DNA of 64,000 bases from the human T2T-CHM13v2.0 reference genome, Homo sapiens: the NCBI RefSeq assembly GCF_009914755.1, contig NC_060933.1; one strand, given 5' to 3'. The translations under genes and the position numbers were made by a program. Below, one piece after another: positions 1 to 17,020 of this stretch (its first letter is position 1; each line of letters begins with the position of its first letter). The notes beneath the pieces were generated by a model, which had not been told where the DNA came from, searched no databases, and saw only the letters and a program-made list of their open reading frames with translations.

Positions 1-239
1 GAAATGTTTAGTTTCCTAAATTTTCCTCTATTGTTGATTTCTAATTTAATTATATTATGATAGAGAACATATTTTGTATAATTTCAATCCTCTTAACCTT
101 ATTGAGACTTGTTCTGTGGTCTGTCTTGAAAAATGTTTCATGTGTGTTCAAAAAGAATGTGAATTCTGCTGTTCTTGGGCGAGTGTTCTATAGATATTAA
201 ATACTTCAAGTTGGTTGATAATGCTGTGTAAATCCTACT

Positions 240-640
240 GTTGTGAACACTCTCAAACCCAGGGCCACTTTAAGGATATACCTAATCCCATATTTCTGTC
301 TCTAGACACAAATTATTGAAATTTCTGATTTCAGTCCATTAAATCCAGATGTGGCATGGACCTGCCACCCAAACTTTGGTTTGGGGATTGAGTCTGATGA
401 TGCCATAACATACTAAGAGAGTAGAAAAAGGTTTATTACTCTCCAAATGAAGTTTTCTGGAGAGATCAGGAAAGGTTCTCACACTGGTCCCACTCCCCCT
501 CCACTTCTCCCCACCAAAAAAACTGCTTAAGAGAGCAAGCAAAGGAGACTGAGCTGGGGTTTTATGCTGTGATTAAAAGATGGGGACGCAGTGAGGGTTC
601 CCAAGTGTGTAGGCTGGAGCTTGCATGGTATGTATTCTCC
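240..640. mobile_element. ERVL-class LTR fragment (MER76-like)
   Basis: Motifs TGAGTCTGATGATGCCA...AAAAGGTTTATTACTC...AAGAGAGCAAGCAAAGGAGACTG resemble a recalled ERVL LTR consensus; interrupts L1. Confidence 0.45.
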
Positions 641-797
641 AGTTATTGTTATTGAACTGTGTTTTTCTTTTCAATTCTTTAGTTTTTATTTCATGCATTT
701 TGGGCCTGTGTTATAAGGTACACATATAAGTGCTATATTTTCCTTGTGTTTTTTCTCTTATATTATTATGAAATATCCCTCTTTGTCTGTAGTACTA

Positions 798-960
798 TTT
801 GTTGTTGTTGTTGTTAGATACAAGGTCTCACTGTTGGCCAAGCTGGAGTGCAGTGGCATGGTCATAGCTCACTGTAACCTCAAACTCCTGGGCCTGAGTG
901 ATCCTCCTGCCTCAGCCTCATGAGTAGCTAGGACTATGGGTACATGCCATGATGCCCAGC
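798..960 (-). mobile_element. Alu monomer (FRAM/AluJ arm)
   Basis: GCTGGAGTGCAGTGG...CCTCAGCCTC...CCCAGC; single arm with (GTT)n tail. Confidence 0.85.
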
Positions 961-1043
961 TTAGTTCTTGTCTCATAGTCTATTTTTGTGATGTTATTAT
1001 GGCCACTCTAGCTCTCTTTTGGTCACTGCTTGTAGGGCATATA

Positions 1044-1376
1044 TTTTTTCTTTTCTTTTCTTTCTTCCTTTTTTTTTTTTTTTTTTTTTAGATGGGGTCT
1101 CACTCTGTTGCCCAGGCTGGAGTGCAGTGGCGTGATCTCGGCTCACTACAACCTCCAACCTCCGTCTCCTGGGTTCAAGCGATTCTCCTGCCTTAGCCTC
1201 CCAAGTAGCTGGGATTACAGGCATGCACCACCATGCCTGGCTACTTTTTATATTTTTATAGAGACAGGGTTTCTCCATGTTGGCCATGCAGGTCTCAAAC
1301 TCCTGAACTCAGGTGATCCACCCACTTCAGCCTCCCAAAGTGCTGGGATTACAGGCATGAGCCACTGCGCCTGGCC
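1044..1376 (-). mobile_element. AluS
   Basis: Full dimeric Alu, poly-T tail on the + strand. Confidence 0.95.
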
Positions 1377-1822
1377 AGCATATCTGTTTTCTATCCTCTA
1401 TATTTTAACTTATCTGTGTCTTTGAATCTAAGGTGTGTCTTTTAGACAGAGCATGCAATTGAATTGTGCTTTTTTAAAAATAGAATCTGACCATGTCTTC
1501 CTTTTGATTGGGATAATTAGACTATTCACTTTTAATGTAATTGTTGATAGGTTGGATTTATATTTGTCATTTCATATTTTTTCTATATATCTCCTATCTT
1601 TTTATCCTGTTTTTTCTTTACTTTCTCATTTTGTATTAAATATTTTTGTATACCATTTAACACCTATTTATTTCTTAGTTATTTTCTTGTTGGTAGCTCT
1701 AGGATTATAATATGCATGTTAACTTACCACTATGTACTTCATAATACTAACTCCATTCTAGTAAAATATAGAAACTTTGCTTCTATGTAGCCCCATTCCT
1801 TCTTTTCCTCCTTTGTGCTGTT

Positions 1823-1960
1823 ATGTATGTGTATGTATGTATATACATACACACATTCACATACATACATACTTATATATGTATATGTATATACACATAT
1901 AATGTATATATATGTGTATACATATATATATTATATACACACACACACACATATATATTA
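1823..1960. repeat. Compound (TA)n/(CA)n/(TG)n microsatellite
   Basis: Alternating purine-pyrimidine run. Confidence 0.9.
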
Positions 1961-2307
1961 TCAGGTTATAAACCTAATAATATAATGTTGATATTATTGT
2001 TTTATGAAATTTTTTATCTTTTTAAGAAGGTAAGAGAAACAAAAATATATAGCGTGAGTGCCATATGGTGCTATATTTTCTTATAGCATTTACAGGTTAT
2101 TATAAGACTCTCTTAAATTAACTTATGTATTTACTATTTCTGGTGGTTTTCATTTCTTCCTGTGGATTCAAATTACAACCTGGTGTCAATTCCTTTTGGC
2201 CCAAAGGACTGTTTGTAGCATCTTGTAAAGCAGATCTTCTAGCCACAAATTCTCTCAGCCTATTTATTATTTATCTAGGAATAGCTTTATTTAGCTTTCA
2301 TTTATGA

Positions 2308-2666
<359 letters not shown>

Positions 2667-2926
2667 TTTTTTTCCCAGTATTTTTAATATGTCCTTTTGG
2701 TCTTCATTATTTTAGATGAAAATCAGGAATTAAAAGTATTGTACTTCCCTGTACAAAGTGAATCATTTTTCTCTTTCTGCTTTTAAGATTTTCTTTGTCT
2801 TTGAACACTTTGACTATGATATGCTTAGATGTGGATCTTTTTGTATTTATCCTACTTGAAATTTGTTGTGCCTCTGTGCTATCTTAATTTTTTTCTCGAA
2901 GTTGGAGTTTTCTACCATTATTTCTT

Positions 2927-4219
2927 TTTTATCATCTTTGCAGATTTATTTCTGTGCACATATACATATACAAATATTTTTACAAGAATAGGGTCATACC
3001 ATGAATACCACATATAATGGTATCTCGATTGTCAATATAGGTGTGTATAATTAAGACTGTGTAGCCTTCCACTGTGGATGTACCAAAATGTATTTAATTC
3101 CCTGTCACTGGACACTTTTGTTTCACTAATATGAAGACACTGTGTAAGCAATGTCTCAACATCTCTGCACCTCTATTTTTGGTATAAGTATTTCCTTAGG
3201 ATGACGTCCCAGAAATGGAATTGCAAGGTATAAAAGATTATTAACTTTTTTTAAGGCTCTAAGATGCCTTTACAGTGTATCTGTTACATCCTGCTTCCAC
3301 ACAAATTATTCTGTATAGCCGGTATGCAGCTCTCAGCCCAGGTGAAGACAGCCAGGATGCCCCAGTCAATGCTCTCGCTCAGTCTGTCAGCCTTCAGGTA
3401 GTTTAGGAGCTGAGGCATAACCTGGAATTCAAACATTTTCTTGGCATCACAAAGGATATTCTCTGGAATATCCTTTTCTTGAGGAATATTTTCACTAGAA
3501 TCCAGGTGGGGGCAATACCTCTGCCATATCTGAGAATCTGTTCTGGTTCAAGGGCTATCTGAGTTTTGAACTTCTGAAAAATTTTATCTTCCCTGGATTC
3601 ATGTTTTGCCATGGAATCCAGTTCTTCTTCAAGTGCCTCACCCATGCTCCCTATAATCTCTGAGTAATCTTCCTTTTCCACAACCTCAGGTGTAATCTTC
3701 ATCTTCTGTTTCTACTACAACTGCAAATTCTGGAAAAAGGAAGTCGTGGTCTGGAATTATATGGTCCAAATGATCTGGTTCTGTACAAGCCTGCTTATGT
3801 GCCAATCTCCGGTCTAGGGTCTTGATGCTCCTTGCTGCAGTAATACGCTTTGTGGCATCTGGAGCACGTTTTGGGTCCTAAACAACCACAAACTCTGCAG
3901 AGATGAGCACCAGACTCAAGTTAGAGACACACTGATTGTCCTGTTTCTGGGAGAGGATTCTCAGAAGGTGGCCTATATGAGGAAAAATCATTTTTCCTGG
4001 GTAGCTGATTGGTAAAAACTCGCAGGCCGGCACAGCACGGCGGCTCTCAGCAGCAGAAGAGGAAGATTCCGGGGTGGAAGGCGTCGGCGCGGCGGGGCAG
4101 CAGCGCGTACACCTGTAGCAGGAAGGAGAGCTGGCAGCCGCACAGCGCGCAGGCCAGGGTCCGGGTCCCGGCAGCCCGGCCGCGCCCGGCCACGCCCAGC
4201 CACGCTGGCCGCCCGCCCC
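2927..4219 (-). pseudogene. Processed, 5'-truncated pseudogene of PDCD2 (programmed cell death 2, MYND zinc finger)
   Basis: Intronless minus-strand homology: GGRPAWLG..., MYND finger [25 protein letters not shown] (~3826-3900), [60 protein letters not shown], and KQDVTDT-stop (TAA 3272-3270). 3'UTR has AATAAA (TTTATT 2945-2950) and a residual A tail. In-frame stops at 4049-4047 and 3923-3921, plus frameshifts. 16-bp TSD TCTACCATTATTTCTT (2911-2926) / TCTAACATTAGTTCTT (4220-4235). Confidence 0.95.
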
Positions 4220-6669
4220 TCTAACATTAGTTCTTCAAATTTTTTCTTCCTTTTTCTTCTCTCCTCTCATTCTGGGACTACCATTGTATGTGTGCTGATA
4301 TACTTGATGTTGTCCCAAAAGTCTTTAAGGCTCTATTCATTTTTCTTCAATTTTTATCTTCAAGTTCACTGATTCATTCCTTTGCCATCTTGAATCTTCT
4401 GTTAAAGTCCTCTAGATGAATTTCTCATTTCAGTTATTATATCTTCAACTCCAGAATTTCTCTTTGGTTCTTTTCAATAATTCCTGTCTGTTTATTGAGA
4501 TTGTCTATTTGTTGATTCAATGTTTCCATACTTTCCTTTAATTTTTTAAATGTGATTTTTTTTAGCCCTTTGAACATATTTAAATAGCTGCTTTGATGTC
4601 TGTCTGATAAACCTAGAATCACTCAGAGGGAGTTTCTATCATTTCCCCTTTTTCTTTAGCATGAGTCATACTTTCTTTGCATGTCTCATTTTTGTTGGTG
4701 GTGTTTTTGAAAACTGAGGATTCTAGTTATATATTGTAGCAACTCTGGATTCTGTATTTCCCCCCCGAAGGTTTGTTCTTTTTAAAATTTGTTCATTGTT
4801 TAGTAACCTACCTGAGTTAAATCTATCTCCCCAGTGATATGGAGCTGCTGATATCTCTGCCCAGATTTTTTTTTAATTCTTGTTTTCCTTTTTAAGACTG
4901 ACTTCTTAAGGCTCATCCCTGTGTCTGTGTAGCCCACTAGTCAGCTAATGATAGGACAGAGGTTGTGCTGAAGTGCCTCAAGCAAGTAAGGATTCTGTCT
5001 TGTGCTGAAATCTGTGTGTGGGTAAGGGAATAGATTCAAAGTTTAAGCCACTGTTAAGTCGACTCCAGCATTTTAATTTCAGCTAGGCCCTTCTGGGTCT
5101 CCTGTGCACATGTGTCCAGCCTCAGGGTCAGCCAGGATTGTGTATACAGTTTGTACTCTCTTTGGTCTCGGCTGCTCATATGCGCACCCTCAGCCAGGAA
5201 TATGCTTGCCTTAACCATGACTGTAATCTCAGACAAGAAGAGCCATTGGCCCTCCCTCCTCACTTGATGCCAGGATAATCACTTTCACCAGTGCTGCTGG
5301 ATATGGGTACCTATTGCTCCAAATTGAATAAGTGTAGCTGTCTGTCCTCATGGACCTGCCATATCCTGACAGAATCTCAGCACCAACTAAGCTGGGAAGA
5401 AGGTGGAAGTTAGGATCAGCCCCAGGTAAAGACACCACACTTCCACTGTTCTTACCCAAAGTTCAATAGTTTTTCAAACATAAATGCTTCTGGAATTGTT
5501 GTGTGCCATTAGTTGATTTCAAGAGGAGTGAAAGGGTTGTTTTATCAATTTTGTCCAGCTTTATGGGTATTTTTTGGGGAAAATATTTGCTGGTCTCCTT
5601 ACTAGACCGTAGCCAGAAGTTTGAAATTTCAGGCTATAATTTTATACCCAGGTTAACTAACTCTGGTCATGTGTTCTTACTATGCCGTGTGGCCTCCCTT
5701 ATGTTGCTTTAGCATCTGAAAATTTACAAAGTTTTTTTTCACAAGTATTACCTAGTACCCGGGACAATTCCATAACATTTTTGTTTCTGTTTTTGTTTTT
5801 TCTAGTTTTAGAGCTGAAGCTATTGAAGTATAAGAGATACTGGAGATAAATATTTACAAAGAGAAAACTTGAGTTTGGAGAGAAGGACATTAATCAAGAA
5901 TGTAAAACGAATCAACGACTGTGCCAGAATAGGAACCTAGGTCTTCCATTTCCCAGCTGAGGGTCTTTGTGCATCACCCACTTGCTTTCTTTTGGAAGAG
6001 GACTGGGGATAAAAATATTCCTCATCCCTCCTCCACCCCACCTCCATCATGACCTTACTGGTATGAGGAAAAAGCCCAAGTCAAAGGGCAATAGACCATT
6101 GGCACTCCCTGCCCCTAGAGGGTGCTACTCTTTCTATAACATGGACACAGGTTGCCTAGAAAGGTGATTTAAGTGTGAAAGCATTTTTGATTATGGCAAT
6201 TGCATACATTCTTTCAATCGAATTCTAGCTGGATTAACCTGTCTTTAGTATATGGCTATGAATAATTTATATTATTATCTTTCATAATATAATTCTGTTT
6301 AAAGTGTCCATTAACATTGCTTTTTCTCAGGGACTTTCCCTCAACTCCTGAGTTTTAGTTGTAGTTTGTAGCAGCCTGTTGAAGCATTCATGAGTGAGGA
6401 TTTAATCAGGCAATTTTTGCAAAAATGATCAGTTTTCAATGAAAGGAGATGACAAAATATTATAGTATTAAAATAAGTAGATATCTGTGTATCGTAGTTA
6501 CAAAATGAAAAATAAAAATCCTTCCAAACTGCTCTGAAATTCCTCCTGCTTCATAAATATGGGCTTTCTGATTCTTCTAGGGGGCAGATTTCTTTGTTTT
6601 GCTGCAATTTTTTTTGACGGGGAAACTTATTCTTTTTGTTTAAGTACAAATGTCAAGTTCAAAATGGAA

Positions 6670-7164
6670 TGTGTGGTGGACATTCTCTGGTTGCCCCCTA
6701 GACTCTCTGCCCTTCTCTGCCTTACTCTGTGCCCAAAGAGGTGACCTCTAAGGACTGTAACAATTAGCTCCCCTGCCCTTTGGCTTCTGGATGATTTGAC
6801 CAATGAAGGTACCAGCAGGAAAACAGCATAGGAGGAGAGAGAGATCTGTGGATTTGCTCCCCTAGCTCTCTTGCTGCTAGCCGTGGTTTGGCAGTGCCCT
6901 GATGCCTCCCCTAAAGACACAGGTCCTGTTGGGGGCCTTCTCCTACAGCTACAGGTCTCGTCAGGTCCAGGTAAGTGCTCTTTCCCTCTACCTGTTCTGG
7001 CCCAGGGTGGAAATGGCTTTGTACTGTTGCTAGTCCTTGGTGCTTGATCGGCCTCTGTTGCTTTGCCCTAGTCCTGCTCTCAGGTCTGTAAATAAACACT
7101 TGATGAACTTGCATACCTTTCATCCTGTTTGAGTGCTGGGAACTGCTAGACTCAGCCTGATACA
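6670..7164 (+). mobile_element. LTR33-like ERVL solo LTR
   Basis: TGTG start, CTGATACA end; internal CCCTTCTC...CTCTGTGCCC...GACCAATG and AATAAA. Confidence 0.75.
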
Positions 7165-7324
7165 GCAAGCTAGCATTTGGAGAGAAAAAAAAAAGAAGAG
7201 GGCCCAAGAGGGTGTCCTGAGACCAGCTTTGGTCTTAGCTCAGGCACTATTTTGCCATATGACCTTGAGTAAGTCCTTTCTTCTCTCTGACTTTCAAATG
7301 GCTCATCTGTAAAAAGAGCAGCTG

Positions 7325-7732
<408 letters not shown>

Positions 7733-8223
7733 TTAAATAGTTGTAAAGGGTGTAACATCCTATGTATTGTAAATATTAATGTTTAAAATTAAACTGCTAA
7801 CATCACTCCTTTAAATATATCCAATGGAATTTAAATATCACAGTAATTTTATACCCACCATCATCCATTGAAAAATTGATGAACAAACTCTCCTTTAACA
7901 GTTAGAAATTTTACAATGTTCCTCTTCCTCTTTTAAGTCATTATTTCCATTCTACTTCCCCCATAGAATTTTATAGGAATGTCATATCTTTTTTCTGCTG
8001 GTAAGTCTCATATGGATCATCATGTCATAGTATCTAAATCAAAAATATGTTTGTAGGCAAAATTTTCAGAATTTTTATATTTCCTGGGATAATAAGGCTT
8101 TAAGGGTTAAACATTTCTCTGAATTGAGATATCAATGCAATAAATTTTGGGATACAACTGATTAAAATTTAGATAATTGTTAAACAGAAAATGTAAAATT
8201 AATGGGAATTCATCTCTCACTGA

Positions 8224-9560
<1,337 letters not shown>

Positions 9561-9761
9561 TAAGGCAGGTAAGTTTTAGGAAATTGTACACATGGAAGCT
9601 GAGAATCTAGAAATGGAGTATCTTAAAACTGTGTGTGGTGACTCTACCTTGGAAATTGTAAACCCTGTGGATAAGCCCCCTAATCTTGAAGGCCACTGGG
9701 CTTGGTGGTGTCTGAAGGGCACCCCTGAACGGGTAGCTTCACAGAGTCATGTCTCAGAGGG

Positions 9762-10015
9762 CCAGTTCTGGAGTTAGACTGATGCCCTGAATGACTTGGG
9801 CAACTTCCTTCACAGAAACTTCGTGCCTCAGTTTCCAGTTCTGGAGTTAGATTGATGTGCTGTATGACTTGGATAACTTCCTTCACTGAAGCTTCGTGCC
9901 TCAGTTTCCTTATGTGTAAAATGGAGATATATACAGCTCTACCTTATAGGGGATTCTTTAGGAGTTAAGTGAGATATTGTTTATGAAGCACCTGGTATAT
10001 GGCAAATGCTCAAAA
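9762..10015 (+). mobile_element. MIR with internal 73-bp tandem duplication
   Basis: Core GTGCCTCAGTTTCCTTATGTGTAAAATGGAGA; duplicated units start at 9762 and 9835. Confidence 0.8.
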
Positions 10016-10990
10016 CAGATTCAAAGGATTCAAAAGATTCCTCCCAACTCTAACACACTCTGGGAAGGGGCCCAGGGATCCCTGAATCACCTGTTCCTCC
10101 ATCGAAGTCGTATTTTAAGGCAATGAGCTGCCATTATAAACATCTTGGTGTCCCTGTAACGAAAAGCAGAGTACTCCAGAATCTTTGGCTCCTTTTTTTT
10201 CATTTGGTGTTTTGTTTTTGGTTTTGGTAAATTTTACTGTCTACTGAGGCTTTTCTGATTTTTCAACATTTATCCACAGGTCTTGACATTTACCATCTCA
10301 GGGAGGTTGATATTTCCACTGATTCATGCGGTAGAAGCAATGGCTCATGGATCTCTAAGTCTGGAGACCAGCTTGGCTGTCTTAACAGGGCTCCCCCATT
10401 TCTCAGAGAAAGAATTATAACCAGGCTATATGTGCAGGCTGTGTGAGCCCAGAAAATGACAGTTACTGCTTTCCAGGAATGGGAATAAACAGATATTCAC
10501 TGTACTCTCCTGGAAAAACTGAGGTTGCCTAGGGGTCAGTTTTGAATCAGGCAATCCAATATTTGAGCTTTTTGCCAGAGAAACAAAATGAGACATTGAT
10601 ATGCTAAGAAGTTGCTAACTGAGTCAGTTTTGCTGGCGGCCTGCTCTGATGTAACTTCTGTGCTAACGTTATTGCTTAGACACCAGGCCCACACAATGGC
10701 TACCCTGCTGACTGCCACTTTGCCACCAGAATGCGGGGCCTCCCTGACACATCAGCAGGCTGAGTTCTGAATTCTCAGTTTCATTTCCTACTGATACAGT
10801 AGAATGCCGCTGTGTTCCTTTTATAAAGAAACCATTGGTTTATATTGCCCCTTATTTGGGTATGTTCATTACCATCTCTCAGAGCACAGTTTTAATTTAC
10901 AGAATCTTGGCAGCTTTATCTAAATGATTTCTTATTTTGAAATTTAATTTTATTCTGATATTTTTGAGAAGAATGAAAATCGGTGATGAG

Positions 10991-11455
10991 TGTGGTAGAT
11001 TGAATGTATTCATGGTCCCAGTTCTGTATCTCTTCCTGTATTCATGCCTGATACCATGTCATTGTGGGTATTCTACCAATCTGACTCAGGGTCAGCTATG
11101 GGACTTGTCTTTACCAATGGGATGCTAGCAAATGTGATTTAAACAGAGATTGAAAAGTGTCTGCACAATTGAGCTTGTCTGCTTTTGTTCTTCTGCCATT
11201 ACCAAGTGCAGGTGCCTGTGCTAGCCTGCTGGAGGATGAGAGACATGTGGACCAGAATCAAGTGGCCCTACTTGTCCCGGTCAAACTAGATTAGCTAAGA
11301 ACCAGCTAAGCCCAGATATGTAAGCAAGCCCTGCTAAGACAGAAAGAACCTTTCAACAGATCTGTGGACTCGTGAACCAAATTCTTGCTCATTATTTGAA
11401 GCCACTGAGTTTTGGGGTTGTTTGTTATATAGCATTGTTGTGATAACAGATAGTG
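10991..11455 (+). mobile_element. MLT1 (MaLR) LTR
   Basis: TGTGGTAGATTG start; AAGCCACTGAGTTTTGGGGTTGTTTGTTATATAGCA end motif. Confidence 0.8.
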
Positions 11456-11809
11456 GCTTAGAATACGCAGTGGCAGACCTGCCCTTCCAGAGCAGAATCC
11501 AAGGGAACACTGCCCATGCTCAAGACCTCCCAGGGACTCTGGAAACAGTGATAAACAGAGAAGGAGGGAACCTCACTAAGGAGACTCAAACACTTCCACC
11601 GTGTAGGTAGGGGATCCACATCAGTGAGATTCAGCAGAGTAACGTAAATAGAAGTACAGGCTCCAGAGTTGGGCTCCTGGGTCCAAAACCCAGATTCATT
11701 TATGAGCTTCATGTTCTTCAGCAAGTTACTTTACCTTTTTGTGTCTCCATTTCCTCCCTTGTAAAACAGATAGATACGTCATAAGGTTGTTAGAAGGATT
11801 AGATTTAAA

Positions 11810-13220
<1,411 letters not shown>

Positions 13221-13756
13221 ATGCACTTGGAATGGCTCAGTGCAAGCCCTAGGTAAGTCTTTGTTAAATAAATAAATAAAGTGTGACCTCATTTCTATCC
13301 ACAGGCTGATCAAGACTGGGGGACGTCTGGATTACATTTGTCTTTTGGTAGGAAGGATATATTTGCATCATGGAGGGGCTGTTTCTCATTTCATGTAGTC
13401 AAACATTGACTTCTGAAGAACTGAATGCATAGTCAATAGCTTTCAAAAATCTGGGGAAAGACAATGTTTTCCTTTTGAAAACTCATGCTATTGTATCAAT
13501 ATCCTGGGCTCAGTTAATTCATCTTAATATGTTTGGGGGCAGTGCTCAATGTGAGATTTCAGGAAAGGCAGGGGGAATAATGTTATCCATTCTTTAAGAG
13601 GCAGGGAAGGGTACACTACATTTCAGAAAGATATCCATTCCAAATTACTGAAATAAAAGTTTTGATGCTTAGAGAGGTAATCCTCAACTACTTGAAAAAA
13701 CTCAGCTAAAAATATTTCTTTCTTTGAAGAATCTCCAAAGCCATGACTGTATTGCA

Positions 13757-14062
<306 letters not shown>

Positions 14063-14680
14063 TAAAAGTAACAGATACAAGTCAAAATCTCATTGTCCTG
14101 CTATGGGAGGGAAGGCACAAGGAGTGTGTGTGTGTACATGTGTGTGCAGAGAGGTCCTTTCTCCTGAATAAGAGTCTCTGCTGTCCCAGAGAGAAAAATG
14201 AGATTGTGCGATTTGAACAAGAGCTTAACCTCCATCCTCCTGCTGAGTTCTCTGACCACGCTTTTCTCCCTCCATCCCTCCCCTCCTTCTCCCCAGTAGA
14301 CATAGGTCCTTAACCAGAGCCTTTTGGGAACAGGTAGAAGGTAGAGAGATTTGAATTGAGTAAAATTGGAAGAATGTAACCATCCCCATGTACCTAGATA
14401 ATGGAAAGAGGAGTAGCCATTGTCTAGAACTTAATTAAATCCTTGTAAGCAATAACATGAAATCTTTAATAGGAGCTCTAAATTGCTAAGAAATTTACTG
14501 TTGGTGGGCAACCAGGGGCAAGACTACACCCTTGGCACAAGAGTTGACAAAAGGTCCATGGAAACTGCCTGGATGCTCTTAAGGAACACGAAGGACCTGA
14601 AGACCCAGCTGTGATGTTAGCTACTGGGGGGTCACTTATGTCATGGATCATGAAAAGGTCATATTTAATGTACAGTTTTA

Positions 14681-14971
<291 letters not shown>

Positions 14972-14984
14972 GAGACTCTCTGGT

Positions 14985-16090
14985 TCATTCTTTATAGCTG
15001 TCTTAAAAACTACCCCAAAATATAGTGGCTTTAAATAATAACCATTTTATTATGCTTCTGAATTCTTGGCCAGGAATTTGGACAGGGTGTGGAGGAGCTG
15101 ACTTGTCTCTGCTCCACAATGTTTGGGACCAGGGGACTTAATGGCTGGGAGGTGAGTCAAAAGCTGAGGACTAGAATGATCTGGAATATCTTCACTCACT
15201 GAGTGCCTTAGCAGGGAGGACTCAAAGACTAAGACTGTGAATTAGTTCTCTAATTAGTAGCAAATTATCACACACGATGATTTAGAACAATACACATTTA
15301 TTATCCCACAATTTGGATGGGGAGGACTCTGCTCATGAGGTTGCAATCAAGGGCTAGTGTTTCATTGCAGGCTCAACAGGAGAAGGATATGCTTCTAAGC
15401 TCACTTACATAGTTGTGGGCAGGATTCAGTTCCTTTTGGGTTGCTGGACTGAGGGTTAAGGTTCCTGGTTGCCTGTTGGGCAGAGGCTGTCCTCAGTTCC
15501 TTGACATGTGGAACTCCCATGTATGGCCACTTGTTTCATCAAAAGTGGCAAGACAGAGTCCACTAGGCAGATGGGAGGGATAATCTCATGTAACATAGTC
15601 ACAAAAGGGACATCCCCTCACCTTAACAGTATTCCACTGATTAGAAGCAAGTTACGGTCTCACCCCCACTAAGAGGAGAGGATTATGCAAGGGTGAATAC
15701 CAGGAGATGAGGATAAGGGGAGGGGGGCATCTTAGAGTCCTTCTGCCACAGATGCCCATCAGAGTGGCTACACGTGGCCTCTCAACATGGCTTAGCTTCC
15801 TCACAACATGGCAGCCTCAGGGAAGTTGGATTCTTATAGAACAGCTCAGGGATCCAAGTATGAGCAATCTAATGAAAAAAGTGGAAGCAACATTGTCTTT
15901 TCCTAGACTTCCACAGTCTAGGAAGTTAATCCTTATCACTTCCACAGTGGTCTATGGGTTGAAGCAGTTGCAGGTCCATCCAAATTCAAGTGGAGGAGAA
16001 TTAGATTGCAGCCCTTGAGGAAGAAAGACGAGGTTACATTGTAGGAGCATGTGGAATGGCTGATGTTGTCCCAGCTATCTTTGTTCTCTG
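14985..16090 (-). mobile_element. Nested MLT1 (MaLR) LTRs: an older MLT1 interrupted by an MLT1D/E-like LTR (~15236-15750)
   Basis: Two sets of MLT1 antisense motifs (CCCCAAAA...AGTGGCTT...; AAATTATCACA...CACATTTATTATC...CTGCCACA). Confidence 0.65.
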
Positions 16091-16149
16091 CCAGTCAACT
16101 TTATGTGGACAATAAAAGGATGACACAATAAAAGGAAGTATGACCTGCT

Positions 16150-16281
16150 AAGGTTGACTATATAAATGATTACTCAAACAATGACACTATGGATAGTGAA
16201 AGGGGTGCTATTAGTAAATACGCTGAGACAATAGGCATAAACCAGAACTGGCCAGGGCAAACTAGGATGCCTGGTTAGCCT
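16150..16281. mobile_element. Short hAT-Blackjack MITE (MER81-like)
   Basis: Imperfect terminal inverted repeats AGGTTGACTATA / TGGTTAGCCT. Confidence 0.55.
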
Positions 16282-16479
16282 AGATCTGCCAATATTCTAT
16301 CTGTTCCCACAGGCTGTGTGGGAGTAGTGTCACTTTATCAGGTGGACTTAGCTTGGGAATCCCAAGTGTTATCCAGCAGGGATAAGCACAGTGGTTCTTC
16401 ACAACAGTGGGGCTAAGAGCACTGTGGAGAAGCCCATTATGAGAAGGAACATGCAGTCAGGAAGGTGACTGAGGAGGAA

Positions 16480-17020
16480 TGCAAGACAAATACTTTTTCA
16501 GTTACAAGCAACAGAGTCTTTCCTTAAATTATTTTAACACAAGCAAAACAAAACAAAGCAAGCAAAAAGAATATGGATTGACTCACATAACTAAAAAGTT
16601 CAAAGGAACTACAGCTTCAGGTCTGGCTGGATCTAGGGGTTCTAACCATGTCATTGGGACTGTGTCTTCCCATAGCTGGGTCTGCTTTCCTCTGTGTCAG
16701 CTGAATTCAGGCAAGCTCTTTCCACATGGCACCGTTTGGCTCCCCTAAACTTAAACTATATCCTCACAGTCATCTCAAAGGAAAGGAAAACTTTCCATTC
16801 AAACTCTTAAATCTGGATCTCATTGGCTTGGCCTGTCATATGACCATCTTGCCAAGTCAATGGCATATATGAATGGCCTGGCCTGGGTCATTTGCTGATG
16901 GCACTCAGGGGTAGAGCAAGTCCACCCAGAACACATAGACTGAGCATGAGAGAAGGCTTTTTCTCTAAGAAAAATTGAGACACTGTCACCAGAACAGGGG
17001 GAATGGAGAACAGATGCCCT
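16480..17020 (-). mobile_element. Old MLT1 (J/K-like) LTR
   Basis: CAGTTACAAGCAACAGA...GATTGACTCACATAACT...TCTCATTGGCTTGGCCTG motifs. Confidence 0.6.

Noticed and set aside
3403-3702. 99-aa ORF with strong PDCD2 similarity as a functional retrogene
   Set aside because: Fragment of a 5'-truncated copy with upstream stops and frameshifts; it leaves the PDCD2 frame after RGIAP.
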